DNA from: Octopus vulgaris
Taxonomy: Eukaryota
Length of the DNA: 64,000 nt
Direction of reading: 5' to 3'
Assembly (NCBI GenBank): GCA_951406725.2
Contig: OX597817.1
Location: 12,896,001-12,960,000, forward strand
The position numbers and the translations under genes were made by a program. The notes under the pieces are model-generated. The model worked only from the letters and a program-made list of their open reading frames with translations. It did not search any database and had not been told where the DNA came from. Positions 13,071 to 25,809 of this stretch are shown here, piece by piece; within the stretch, counting starts at the first letter, position 1; each line of letters starts with the position of its first letter.

Positions 13071-13614
13071 TGTGCAGAAAAAGTGGAAGCTTGAATTCTA
13101 TACAAATTCCTAATGCAAATAATGGGTGTGTAAGGGGTAGATTAGAATCAAACACAGACTGAAAGAGAAGCAGATGCACATGAGTAGTTAGCAGCAACAT
13201 ACCTATAAAATAAATTTGTTAAATGTCCAGAAGTCTCGATAAAAGTAGTTGATATCTTCTGTTACCTAGGTGAGCTAATTAGCTGTGAAAGCTAATAGTA
13301 TAGTAACCAGAGTATGAGTAGAGTGGAAGTTATTACCTTTGCTGGCAATAAAGAAATTCTCTCTCCAAGTGAAAAGTAAATTATATGATGCTTGTGTAAG
13401 AAACATGAAGTTACATGGTAGCAAAACATACATAATGACCATGATGATGTGTGAAGGTTAAGAAAAAAAATGAGGTGAGCCTGTTCTGCTCGGTGTATTA
13501 TGTTAGTGTACATAAACAACAGAGTTCAAATAAGCTGAAAGGAAAACTGGGTATGAGGCATCAGATGTAAGGTACAAAAGAGAGAATTGTGCTGATACAG
13601 ATTTGTAATACATA

Positions 13615-13800
13615 TCATCATCATCATCATCATCATCGTTTAATGTCCGTTTTCCGCACTAGCATGGGTTGGACGGTTCGACCGGGGTCTGGGAAGCCAG
13701 GGGCTGCACCAGGCTCCAGTCTGATCTGGCAGAGTTTCTACAGCTGGATGCCCTTCCTAACGCCAACCACTCCGCGAGTGTAGTGGGTGCTTTTTACGTA
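13615..13800 (-). mobile_element. RTE-tail short element with (GAT)n tail
   Basis: ttaggaagggcatccagctgtagaaac...ttaaacgatgatg on minus; many relatives in the window. Confidence 0.8.
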
Positions 13801-14069
13801 GGAAGATATTTGGGCAAAGAAATGCCAAGCAATTCAAGTAAAAGAAAACTGTAGAAGAGGTAGACTGAAGAAATGGTGAAAGATGATTTCAAGATAAACA
13901 TTAGGAAGAAGATGACAAAAGACAGCAACAAATGGCAAAATGCTGTGCTGGAAAATCCATGAAAGCAGTGAAAATGGATGTAGAAGCTATGACAACAATG
14001 ATGTTATTACACACATGTGAGTGAGAACACTGAGATATTTTTGGTATCTAACATATGGCAGATACCGCG

Positions 14070-14175
14070 AGCGCTGCTTCTGATTGGTCAATCAATGGTG
14101 ATGACCCGAGGTCATGGTGACAGCGCTGCTTCTGATTGGTCAATCCATGGTGATGACCCGAGGTCACGGTGACGG
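14070..14175. repeat. Two ~52-bp direct repeats (gcgctgcttctgattggtcaatc..gacccgaggtca.ggtgac)
   Basis: Directly visible. Confidence 0.85.
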
Positions 14176-14282
14176 CACTACTTTTGTCATTCATAAGTTA
14201 CAACTAAACGTGAAGAATTTAGTTATTGGGTTAATAAAATATGGTCGTTTATTCGTGTGTAATAAATAAAATACCAAACTCA

Positions 14283-14400
14283 TTCCCTATGGATACCGTA
14301 TTTATTACAATGAGTGGCTTGTAAACGTATCTAACTTGCTTTCGCTCGTTAGATATGTTTACAAGCCACTCGTTGTAATAAATACGGTATCCATAGGGAA
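14283..14400. repeat. Near-perfect inverted repeat: 53-bp arms, 12-nt spacer
   Basis: 14283-14335 versus 14348-14400, two mismatches. Confidence 0.95.
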
Positions 14401-14435
14401 CTCGTTTGATATTCTCTCTATATGTCATTACTTAC

Positions 14436-14611
14436 CTCTAAATAATCAAATATACAAGAATTCTCTAACTGGAAGTCAAGGAAGACAAGTATGAGACGAC
14501 TTCCAGCAGCAACTCTTATATTCCACAAGCATTCTGCTCGGTGGTAATAATTAAGCGGGTAATGAGGGGATTCAATGGTAGCAGATTCTGCGTATAGTTC
14601 TCCACCACATC
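14436..14611 (-). CDS. CUBN: Cubilin-like exon, CUB7 N-half (GCGGELYAESATIESPHYPLNYYHRAECLW...ENSCIFDYLE)
   Basis: ttgcag acceptor, GAG|gtaagt donor, phase 1 to 0, 176 bp. Confidence 0.93.
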
Positions 14612-14732
14612 CTGCAAGCAAATAATCAATTAAATAGTAGTTATGTTAGATATTTCAACATGGTGGAGTTCAGTTTTGAGAATATTACCAATGTCAGTGT
14701 TTATAAAGAGAAAGAGATCATATAATTTGTCT

Positions 14733-15114
14733 GGAGGTGCAATGGCCTAGTGGTTAAGGCAGCGGACTCGCGGTCATAGGATCGCGGTTTCGATTCCCAG
14801 ACCGGGCGTTGTGAGTGTTTATTGAGCGAAAACACCTAAAAGCTCCACGAGGCTCCGGCAGGGGATGGTGGTGATCCCTGCTGTACTCTTTCACCACAAC
14901 TTTCTCTCACTCTTACTTCCTGTTTCTGTTGTACCTGTATTTCAAAGGGCCGGCCTTGTCACTCTCTGTGTCACGCTGAATATCCCCGAGAACTACGTTA
15001 AGGGTACACGTGTTTGTGGAGTGTTCAGCCACTTACACGTTAATTTCACGAGCAGACTGTTCCGTTGATCGGATCAATCGGAACCCTCATCATCGTAACC
15101 GACGGAGTGCTTCC
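14733..15114 (+). mobile_element. tRNA-derived SINE family B with 11-bp TSD
   Basis: A-box tggcctagtgg, B-box gtttcgattcc; TSD ataatttgtct. Confidence 0.9.
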
Positions 15115-15319
15115 ATAATTTGTCTATAATAGAATAATTTGAATTGTATATAGAATTATAAATAGAAAACTGAAGCATAATACATCATTCCCACCATTAG
15201 TAGTTAATGCCATTATAATAATCCTTAACAAATACTTCTCAATTTTACTGTTGTCACAGCAGTGAGTTCATCTTTCATCTTAAACTTCTGTGTGTATTAT
15301 GGACAGTAAGAAAGAGCTA

Positions 15320-15833
15320 TCGTAAATCCTCGAGTATAATCCGCATTTTTTTCCCAAAATTTAAAGGTCAAAATCCCTAGTGCGTACTATATACGAGGTT
15401 AAAAATAAAAAATTTTTTGTAAGTAATGTCCGAGTCTCTATTTGCTGTCCGGCAATGTTTATTCAGAACCATTTTGTGATGCCAGGCGCAAAAATACCTT
15501 AAGCTAAGCCTGAAAGCAATGAAGTCATAAAAGAATCATCCATAACTTGTAGTAAGCAACATTTATTAAACATTATTACTGTTATTTCTTTATTTTCCGC
15601 AAACAAAATGCACAAAAAAGCTACACCTTTGCATTATGTTATATATATACAATAATAATAAAGGATGTTACCATATACATTTTTACAAACCAAGGACGTT
15701 GTATAGACCTCCTTGACTCAAGTTAGAGAAGGGGTGCGTATTATACACAAGGTTTAGGTTTTTCAGAGATACAGCTCCCTAAAAATCCCCTGCGTATTAT
15801 ACTCAAGGGCGGACTGTACTCGAGAATTTATGG
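15320..15833. mobile_element. Tc1/pogo-type MITE
   Basis: TA|tcgtaaatcctcgagtataatccgc ... gcggactgtactcgagaatttatgg|TA. Confidence 0.8.
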
Positions 15834-16059
15834 TAATCGAGAATTAAGTGCCTTTGCAACAAAATCTAAATAGTAATGGTCATGGGGAAAAAATTACTGA
15901 CTACTCAAGTGAATATCCAACAGTTAACTGAAGACAAACATTCTTAAATTAATGAACCAAAAATACATTTTTTTAAATATCTATAATGCACAGGCCTTAA
16001 AAACCAAACTATAGTATTGTGGTATTATTACCTATCCAGCACTTACATCAAAATTAGTC

Positions 16060-17745
16060 CTCCATGCCATAACAGAGGAATTTAAGAATGATTGCCCTTG
16101 GGAGCTCTTTTATGCTGCTGACCTTGTCCTTATAGCTGAATCACTACCAGAACTAGAAAAGTTTCAGGTGTGGAAGAAAGGTCTGGAATCAAAGGGCCTA
16201 AGAATTAATCTAGCAAAGACCAAAGTCCTTGCAAGCAGGAAAACAGACAAATCACAAATCTCTTCAGGGAGATGGCCCTGCTCTATACATAGAAAAGATA
16301 TAGGTAGAAACTCCGTAAGGTGTACTCCATACAAGCTATGGGCACATAAGAAGCAAGGAAGATTAACATAATCACAGGAAGATTAAGAGAGAAAGTAGTT
16401 CTTGTGTGTGACAGATGTGCAAGTACAATAAACACTAAGAATTTACAGAAAATGGACCTTTTCAAATCCTCGGGGGCAGGGGAGATAGTCGATAGGCAAC
16501 CAAGTCAGCTGATAGGCAACCAAGATGCTTTGAAAGCATACGTGTTAAAATAAGAACAGACTGGGCAAAGTTCAGAGAGCTTCTAACTTTGTTGGTAACA
16601 AAGAGCCTCTCCCTCAGAGTGAAAAACAAATTGTATGATGCCTGTGTATGAACAGCCATGTTACATGGCAGTGAAACATGAACTGTGACTACTGAGGACA
16701 TGTAAATGCTTGAAAGAAATGAAGCCAGTATGCTCCACTAGATGTGCAATGTCAGTGTGGAGGCGCAATGGCCCAGTGGTTAGGGCAGCGGACTCGCGGT
16801 CGTAGGATCGCGGTTTCGATTCCCAGACCAAGCGTTGTGAGTGTTTATTGAGCGAAAACACCTAAAAGCTCCACGAGGCTCCGGCAGGGGATGGTGGTGA
16901 TCCCTGCTGTACTCTTTCACCACAACTTTCTCTCACTCTTACTTCCTGTTTCTGTTGTACCTGTATTTCAAAGGGCCGGCCTTGTCACTCTCTGTGTCAT
17001 GCTGAATATCCCCGAGAACTACATTAAGGGTACACGTGTCTGTGGAGTTCTCAGCCACTTACACGTTAATTTCACAAGCAGGCTGTTCCGTTGATTCGGA
17101 TCAACCGGAACCCTCATCATCGTAACCGACGGAGTGCTTCCATATAGCAATGTCAGTGTGCTTATGCAGCAGAATGTAAGTGTTTTAAAAGAGAAATTGG
17201 GTATAAGAGGCATCAGATGTGGTGTGCAAGAGAGAAGACTGTGCTGGTATGGTTATGTGATACATATGGATGAAGACAGCTGTGTAAAGACGTGCTGATC
17301 TCTAATTGTGGAGGGAACCCGTGGAATGAGTACACCCAGGAAGACATGAGACAAGGTGATGAAATATGATCTTCGGTTGTTGAGCTTCAGGGAGGCAATG
17401 ACAAGTGGCCAAGGCATCTGGCGATTTGCTGTGCTTTAGAAGACAAATCAAGCTGAATGAATCGTGGTGATTGCTAATGCTGGAGACACGTAAAAGGCAC
17501 CAATGCCAGTGACAACTAAAAGGTACCTGTGCTGGTGACATGCGAGATGCACCCATGCCAGTGACATGTAAAAGACACCTAGTACACTCAGTGAAGTAGT
17601 TGGCATTAGGAAGGGCATCCAGCCATAGAAACCAAACTAAAACAAACAACTGGAGCCTGGTGCAGCTCTCCAGCTTACTAGTCCCAGTTGAACCGTCTAA
17701 CCCATGCCAGCATGGAAAATGGACGTTAATTGTTGATGAATGAGT
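16060..17745 (+). mobile_element. Decayed RTE-clade LINE 3' portion, interrupted by SINE B
   Basis: PWELFYA.DL, WKKGLESKGLRINLAKTKV, zinc-finger remnant, 3' UTR ending in a gat tail. Confidence 0.8.
16759..17146 (+). mobile_element. SINE family B with 13-14-bp TSD
   Basis: TSD gcaatgtcagtgt(g). Confidence 0.9.
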
Positions 17746-17754
17746 ATTCCACAA

Positions 17755-18212
17755 CATCATCATCATCATCATTGTTTAACGTCCATTTTCCGCGCTAGCA
17801 CGGGGTGGACGGTTCAACTGGGGTCTGGGAAGCTAGGGCTGCACCAGGCTCCAGTCTGATCTGGCAGTGTTTCTACAGCTGGGTGCCCTTCCTAACGCCA
17901 ACCACTCCGCGAGTGTAGTGGGTGCTTTTTACGTGCCACCTGCACAGGTGCCAGGTGGGGTCTGGCATCGGCCATGATTGGTTGGTGCTTTTAACATGCC
18001 ACCGGCACGGAAGCCAGCCAAGGCGGCGCTGGCATCGGCCACGTTCGGATGGTGCTTTTTATGTGCCACCGGCACAGAAGCCAGTCGAGGCGGCGCTGGC
18101 ATCAGCCATGTTCGGATGGTGCTTTTTATGTGCCACCGGCACAGAAGCCAGTCGAGGCGGCGCTGGCAACGGCCACATTCAGATGGTGCTTTTTATGTGC
18201 CACCAGCACAGG
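17755..18212 (-). mobile_element. RTE-tail element carrying ~4 units of the ~63-bp repeat
   Basis: Repeated ggatggtgctttttatgtgccaccggcac units plus shared 3' end. Confidence 0.8.
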
Positions 18213-18455
18213 TATCACCAATGTTCAAGTTTGGAAATTGCCAAAATCAACATGGTTCACTGTGACTGCATTTAAAAATATGTAACATGGATAAATGGAA
18301 TACATCTAAGAGACTGTATTTGTTGTCATCAATGTCTGTCTAATCAATTATTTTTCTTTATACATTTTAGTCATAACCTTTTTTGCAAGAGTTGCAATGA
18401 AAGATGAATGAGTGGAAATTATCCTTAGGGTGAAGATCTGGACTGAATGCTTTAA

Positions 18456-18674
18456 CCCTTTAGTGTTCAGATTATTCTATCAAACATAATGCTTATTGAT
18501 TCCCATTGATTTGAATTAATCATGCATTATCTCATATCTTCAAGATCTTGATGGTTTAATTACTTAATGTAGAATAATATTGTAGGGAAGGTGTGAGGGC
18601 CTGGATCTGGTCAGTTTGAACATAAAACAGATTAAATATTTTGGCCGGATATGGCCGGTTTAAATACTAAAGGG
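18456..18674. mobile_element. piggyBac-type MITE
   Basis: TTAA|ccctttagtgtt ... aatactaaaggg|TTAA; copies at 23374 and 53163. Confidence 0.85.
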
Positions 18675-19026
18675 TTAAACTGAATGGATTCTGTTAAGTG
18701 CACACAAGGGCCATATTGTGGTGTTAAAGGAGACAACAGTTTATCAGTACACTCCATTCAATAGGCTTTTTTGCAGATTCTTTAAACCCAGTTTTATTAA
18801 CAAGATTTATAGTCTGTCCAAGATTATGGTAGAAAACATCTACCAAGACAGCACACAATGAAATCTAACTTGGAACCAAATGACTGCAAAGCAAATTTTT
18901 TTTAATCACATGGCCTATTAAAATATTATTGGTCTACTTGTTCAAAGCTAGAGATAGCAACACAATAACAATGCTTAATAATAGAAAATAACCAAGTTGT
19001 TAATACTTATATAACATATAATATAA

Positions 19027-19250
19027 CTAGCAGTATCGCCCGGTGTTGCTCGGGTTTGTAAGGGAAATAACTATATAAGCATTTTTAGAGAGTTATAGCC
19101 AAAAAATAGCAAAAAAATGCATTAAAAATGGAAAAAAATTATGGTAAATTTTTTTTTAAAATCGTTGACTCATCGTAGACATTTTTAGAGAGTTACTTCC
19201 CTTATATAATAGCGAAAGAATGCATTAAAATGGAAAAAAATGGTGGAAAA
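19027..19250 (-). mobile_element. Helitron 3' fragment
   Basis: CTAG end and hairpin as in 8118-8680. Confidence 0.7.
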
Positions 19251-19992
19251 ATGACATTCTATTTCATTGTGCATATTACACTACTTCACAATTCTTTCAT
19301 TCTTTTACTTGTTTCGGTGACTGGACTGCAGCTATACTGGAGTACCAACTTGAAGGGTTTTAGTCAGTCAATTTGCTCCAAATACTTATAACTTTACTTA
19401 TTCCATCAGTTTCTTATTCCTAAACAGCTAAGCTCACAAACAAACAAATAGCAGTCGTCAGGTGGTGGGAGACAATCACAATGATGATCTTCTGCAGTTT
19501 CCATCTAGTAAATCCATCTACAAGCTACTGTTTTGCCTGAGACTATGTTAGAAAATATTTGGTCAAGGCATAGTGCAAAGGGACGGAACCCAAAGCTATG
19601 CGGCTGCAAAGCAAACTGCTTAACCACACAGCCATGCTTGCATCTATATTATTATGAATGCAGTTCTTTACTTTTAAAAATGTTAATATTTATTGTAGTC
19701 CTTCAATGTGGATAACATTCACTTTAGTTGTAGCAGAATTTTGTTTTCTTTTTTAACTTCTGTTTCATTTTAATTTTTGATTTTGTGACTCAAGTTAATT
19801 AAAAACACAAACCTATTAAATTCAATTTAACATTTTCTTTTTATCTGCTACCCTCCACTTATGGCCTGCTCCAAGAAAATTCTATCTCACCCATGCAAGC
19901 ATAAAAAACGTGGAACATTAAAATAATGCTGATGATGTCACTGATACATTAACATCATCATCATTGTTAAATATCTATTTTCCGTGCTGGTA

Positions 19993-20225
19993 GGATGGCG
20001 TGCTGGTAGAATCATTAGCACGCCGAGTGAAATGCTTAGCAGTATTTCGTCTACCACTACGTTCTGAGTTCAAATTCCGCCGAGGTCAACTTTGCCTTTC
20101 ATCCTTTCAGGGTCGATTAAATAAATACCAGTTACGCCCTGGGATTGATATAATCGACTCAATCTGTCTGTCTGTCCTTGTTTGTCCTCTCTGTGCTTAG
20201 CCCCTTGTGGGTAGTAAAGAAATAG
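19993..20225 (+). mobile_element. SINE family C
   Basis: Matches 1331-1562. Confidence 0.8.
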
Positions 20226-20553
20226 GTTTCCCAAGATCTGACCAGCCAGTGAGCTGACCAGACTCCAATTGTCTGTTGTGACATGGTTTCTATGGCTAGA
20301 TGCCCTTCCACTTTACAGAGAGTGCTGGATGTGTTTTACATGTCATGGCATGGGTGCATTTACACAGCACCTGTAAAGGACAAGTTTGTATTTATGGATG
20401 ACAGTGATTTTACTTAGCTTGACTTGTCTTATCAAGTACAGCAAAGTACCACATCTCCCAGTCCCTAGCCATTTCCCCAGTGAGTCCCAGCATCCGAAGA
20501 TTCTTTCTTACCACTTAATCCAACATCTAAAATGATGATATATATATACTTGC

Positions 20554-20714
20554 CTGTTGTCAATGAATCATAGAGAATTTTGAAACCTTTTACGCTTCGT
20601 GTGTATTTCTTTACCAGTGTAACTCGCAAATGGTTGCTGTGAGATAATATTATTTGAGGAATATTCTGGCCACAGTATCGTCCAAGGAGTGGAGATGTTT
20701 CATAACTTCCCTGT
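20554..20714 (-). CDS. CUBN: Cubilin-like exon, CUB6 C-half (QGSYETSPLLGRYCGQNIPQIILSHSNHLRVTLVKKYTRSVKGFKILYDSLTT)
   Basis: Not in the ORF track; translated by hand. tag acceptor in phase 2; non-canonical CAG|gcaagt donor in phase 1; 161 bp. Confidence 0.88.
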
Positions 20715-21019
20715 CTAGATGAAAATATTTCAAGAACAGAAGTTTCAGTATAAACTCATAAAAGAAATGAATATGAACTAACATGAATGTCTCTACACAT
20801 CTACAGTCTTGCTAAACCAGGTAGAAATAGTAGCCAAATCTCCCCCACATCACACTATTACAAAAGAAAAAATTACATAATATGATGTAGTCTGAGATTT
20901 ATTTTTTTCAAACATGATAAAAGGTCATCTTTGTAGGTCATCAAGTATATTTATTATGGGTATGGCTAAACTGCATCCAGTAGTGGAGTCCTGATTCAGG
21001 AGTCCCAAGATTTTGAAGA

Positions 21020-21385
21020 ATGTGGAACCACCTCTTAATCAGTTTTGTTCCCATGTCTAGTCTGACCCAGACTCTCGTGGAAGCGCCATCCAACCAAAAT
21101 GCAAATATATGGGAAACTACCACCTGTGTCATCTCTTGTGAAAGGTAAGAGAGTCCAGTTTGCTGGACATTGTTGTAGAGCTGAAAAAGAGGTAATTTCT
21201 ACTCTTCTCCTCTGGAAGCCATCTACTCGCAATACCAGAGGGCGCACACTCTCCTACCCTGATGTAATCTCCAGGGATACAGGCATCCAGCAACAGGACC
21301 TCCATAATGCCATGATGGACTGTGAAGTCTGGCATAGCATGGCAAATTCCATTGTCTCGACCACGGTTGAACAATGATGATGAGT
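21020..21385 (+). mobile_element. LINE 3' fragment (RTE-like)
   Basis: RVQFAGHCCRAEKEVISTLLLWKPS..RGR..YPDVISRDTG..L..AMMD..W C-terminus, (TGA)n tail. Confidence 0.7.
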
Positions 21386-21844
21386 AGTACATGTCAGGGT
21401 CCCAGCCATGGGCTAAATTAAATAGCATGTAAGTTGAAATCATGGGAATGTGCAGCTTGGTGGATTTGAACAACTTCAACAAATGAACTTATTGAGTCAA
21501 TGTCAAACAAAATAACACACAATAAAACGTCAACGTCCAGGATCAACCATTTGAGTTAGCAAACTGATGGTATTATCTGTAGACATGACCTGTGCAGATG
21601 AGATATTTCAGCTAGCAAAAGACCAATGTGACTGAAGCGCAGGCCAGACATTCCTGCCTCAGCACATGATTGGCACATCTGGCACATCTGGCACAGAAAA
21701 TTTACATTGGTCTGGGTAAGTTGTCCAACCAGATGAAGATATTCATTACCAGTTCTTATTTTAATGACTAAATAATAATGAAATTAAATCTGTCCAGTAT
21801 TCTGGAATTTCTGTCAATTTGATAATAATAAAAGCTACAGTATT

Positions 21845-22016
21845 AGGTGCAGGAGTGGCTGTGTGGTAAGTAGCTTGCTAACCAACCACATGGTTCCGGG
21901 TTCAGTCCCACTGCGTGGCATCTTGGGCAAGTGTTTTCTGCTATAGCCCCGGGCCGACCAATGCCTTGTGAGTGGATTTGGTAGACGGAAACTGAAAGAA
22001 GCCTGTCGTATATATG

Positions 22017-22057
<41 letters not shown>

Positions 22058-22268
22058 TTGTGTGTCTGTGTTTGTCCCCCTAGCATTGCTTGACAACAGA
22101 TGCTGGTGTGTTTACGTCCCCGTCACTTAGCGGTTCGGCAAAAGAGACCGATAGAATAAGTACTGGGCTTACAAAGAATAAGTCCCGGGGTCGATTTGCT
22201 CGACTAAAGGCGGTGCTCCAGCATGGCCGCAGTCAAATGACTGAAACAAGTAAAAGACTAAAAGAGAG
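21845..22268 (+). mobile_element. SINE family A
   Basis: Full-length copy. Confidence 0.9.
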
Positions 22269-22870
22269 TATTAAATGATATAATTCTTTCCACCAAGCGC
22301 AAAACAAGTCTCACACAGAAATGGTATAATTGACTGAAAAATACAAGTCTGGTTTTCATGCCATTGACTCTGAACCGATGGAAGTCAACTCAGGTGGGAT
22401 TTGAACTCACAAGAAAATAAATTAAATACTATAAAGGCTTTTAATTCAGCTTCTATTTCTCTCAATTACACATCTTATGATGATGATGATGATAATTATA
22501 ATAAATTGAAGTGTCATCATCTTCAATTTAACATCCGCTTTTCCATGTTCACATGGATTGGACGGAGTTCATTGAGGTGGATTTTCTACAGCTAGCTGCC
22601 CTTCCTGTTCGCTAACCCTCACCTGTTTCCAAGTAAGGTAACATTTTCTCATGACCAGACATGTTTTCACAGAAGATTGGAAAGAAAGGACATCACAGGC
22701 ATGATAATGACACGCTTTTACAACTAACATACAATGTCAAAACAAAAAGACAGTAACACGTGCACACACACACACATACACACATACGCACACATGTACT
22801 CACACACAAACACATACACCCTTCAAAACTTGCACCAAGAATAATAGCAAATTAAGGGATGACTCAATAT

Positions 22871-22918
<48 letters not shown>

Positions 22919-23373
22919 TGTGTCCCACATTATTAGGCAAATCAACCTTCTCTCAATAAAAAAATGTATATTCATTCAAAATCAGCCGTTTCCCCACTGA
23001 CTGGTGGCAATACTCAGCAGCCATTATCATGTAGCAGCAACATTTCTGCTATTCCAAATTATTAGGCAGGTGCCCAATTTAAATGTCATTATGGGTCAGA
23101 AACGTGATCTTACCTCAAATGAGAAGTCTACCATCTTATCAGAGCTTGGAAAAAGAAAAACCAACAGATGGCTGGAGTAAAGATTGGGTATCAATCAGCA
23201 GGAACTGTCCTCATCGTTTGAGATACCAACAAGGGGTGGGGAGGTGGCGTCAAGTGTTGGGCTGACTTCATTGGTGGTACAATGGTCAAGCCATGGAAAG
23301 TTCCTGATGGCATTAAGATGACATCAAAAACATATGTTACCTTCTTAAAGGACAATTTCCAGCCGTGGTTTAA

Positions 23374-23592
23374 CCCTTTAGTGTTCTGATTATTCAATCA
23401 AACATAATGCCTATTGATTCCCATTAATTTGAATTAATCATGCATTATCTCATATCTTCAAGAGCTTGATGGTGTAATTACTTAATGTAGAATAACATTG
23501 TAGGGTAGGTGTGAGAGCCTGGATCTGGTTAGTTTGAACATAAAACAGATTAACTATTTTGGCCGGATATGGCCAGTTTAAATACTAAAGGG
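23374..23592. mobile_element. piggyBac-type MITE nested in Tc1
   Basis: TTAA TSD, CCC/GGG termini. Confidence 0.85.
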
Positions 23593-23979
23593 TTAAAAAG
23601 CAAAAACTTTCATTCAAGAGAAAGCTGGTCTTTATGCAAGATAATACCCCATCTCATGCTGTGAAGAATTCTAAGGAATATCTGCATCAAATAGGCTTTG
23701 CTGGAGGTCGTTTGATGGAGTGGCCACCATGTTCCCCTTACTTAAACCTGATCGAGAACCTATGGAGTGTCCTGAAGAGTTACATTTACCAGTTTTCAAG
23801 TAAAGTTGCCCCCTGCTCAAAGCATGACACGAGAGGATATCATCAGCTTGACAAATTCAGTGGAGCAGTGCATAAGGAAGATTATTGCATGTGGAGGATC
23901 ATACATCCAACATTAGGAGCTGTACGATAGAATAATCCAATGATTATTTTCATTCAAACGTATTATTGTATTTACCATT

Positions 23980-24183
23980 ACTCTTTTACTCTCTTTTACT
24001 TGTTTCAGTCATTTGACTGCGGCCATGCTGGAGCACCGCCTTTTAGTCAAGCAAATCGACCCCAGGACTTATTCTTTGTAAGCCCAGTACTTATTCTATT
24101 GGTCGCTTTTGACGAACCGCTAAGTGATGGGGACGTAAACACACCAGCATCGGTTGTCATGCAATGCTAGGGGGACAAACACA

Positions 24184-24259
<76 letters not shown>

Positions 24260-24423
24260 TACGACAGGTTTCTTTCAGTTTCCATCTACCAAATCCACCC
24301 ACAAGGCATTGGTCGGCTCGGGGCCATAGCAGAAGACACTTGCCCAAGATGCCACGCAGTGGGACTGAACCCGGAACTATGTGGTTGGTTAGCAAGCTAC
24401 TTACCACACAGCCACTCCTGTGC
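23980..24423 (-). mobile_element. SINE family A
   Basis: Full-length copy. Confidence 0.9.
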
Positions 24424-24579
24424 CATTAAGTACTTTATGAATAAGTTTTTTGTTAAACCTTTACCGTTGAATTAAATAAATGTTTATTCTGACAAAATTA
24501 TCATTTTTATTATACTTGCCTAATAATTTCTGACAGTGAAAATGTTGCCCAATCCAAAAAAGTGGCTGCCATCTTTTGG

Positions 24580-24880
24580 AATAGGGCACCATTCGAGCAT
24601 GATCATTACCAACGTCACCTTACTGGCACCTGTGCTGGTGGCATGTGTAAAAAGATTCGAGCAAGGTCATTGCTTGTACTGACTAACTGGCCCTTGTGCC
24701 AATGGCACGTAAAAAGCACTCTCGGAGTGCTTGGCATTAGGAAGAGCATCCAGCTGTAGAAACTCTGCCAAATCAAGATTGGAGCCTGGTGCAGCCATCT
24801 GGTTCACCAGCCCTCAGTCAAAATCGTCCAACCCATGCTAGCACGGAAAGCAGACGTTAAACGATGATGATGATGATGAT
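24580..24880 (+). mobile_element. RTE-tail short element
   Basis: Shared 3' end and (GAT)n tail. Confidence 0.7.
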
Positions 24881-25002
24881 GAAGAAGAAGAATGTGCACA
24901 GATAGGTGTTGCCAATAGTCAGTGTGAAAACAACTGGTTTTGAATAAATATACATTTATTTATTGAGAGAAGGTTATATATATATAGATATAAATATATG
25001 TA

Positions 25003-25310
25003 TCACCGTGATCACCGTGACTGACCAGGCTATCAGATGTTGCTACACATCGCTGGTCACAATGTGCTTCGCATTGTTTTAACCTTCAAATGACACCACC
25101 CCGCTGGCTAAGCGAGCAGGCCAATAGAAGAAAGAGTGAGAGAAAGAGTGGTGAAAGAGTACAGCAGGGATTGCCATCACCCCTGCCGGAACTTTGTGGA
25201 GCTTTGGATGTTTTCGCTCAATAAACATTCACAACGCCTGGTCTAGGAATTGAAACCGAGATTCTACAACCACGAGTCTGCTGCCCTAACCACTGAGCCA
25301 TTGCGCTGCC
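25003..25310 (-). mobile_element. SINE with family-B head and a different 3' body
   Basis: Head gcgcaatggctcagtggttagggcagc on minus. Confidence 0.7.
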
Positions 25311-25312
25311 AC

Positions 25313-25363
<51 letters not shown>

Positions 25364-25424
25364 CACACACACATGTATGTACACATATATACATATATAC
25401 ACACTCACACATATATATATATAT

Positions 25425-25745
25425 ATCATCATCATCATTGCTTAATGTCCATTTTCAATGCCAGCATGGGTTGGACAGTTTGACTGAGGTCTGGAGAGCC
25501 AGCGACTGCACCAGGCTCCAATCTGATCTCAAAATGTTTCTACAGCTGGATGCCCTTCCTAACGCCAACCACTGTGAGAGTGTAATGGGTGCTTTTTATG
25601 CACTGCCGACACAGGAGCCAGTCAAGCAGGTCTAGCATCAATCACATTCAAGTAGTGCTTTTTACGTGCCACTGGCATGGGGGCCAGTCACAGGGCACTG
25701 CCATCGGCCATGTTCAGATGGTACTTTTTACGTGCCGCCGCACAT
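25425..25745 (-). mobile_element. RTE-tail element with degenerate ~63-bp units
   Basis: Same architecture as 17755-18212. Confidence 0.7.
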
Positions 25746-25809
25746 GAGCAAGTTATCAATTCACTGGTGGTCAATTAATATTTTGGCTTAGTCTGTGTTT
25801 TTTACTTAC

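Larger units (their letters stand above)
12160..13990 (+). mobile_element. Decayed RTE-clade LINE with SINE insertions
   Basis: DLEKA, LYA..LVL.AES remnants; similar to 16060-17745 and 28730-35900. Confidence 0.6.
22917..24538 (+). mobile_element. Tc1-like transposon remnant with nested piggyBac MITE and SINE A
   Basis: TIR-like ends (actgtgtcccacattattaggcaa / ttgcctaataatttctgacagtg); FMQDNTPSH and WPPCSPYLNLIENLW motifs. Confidence 0.8.

Noticed and set aside
14733-14810. SINE heads as tRNA genes
   Set aside because: A and B boxes are present but continue into SINE bodies with TSDs; no full cloverleaf or terminator.
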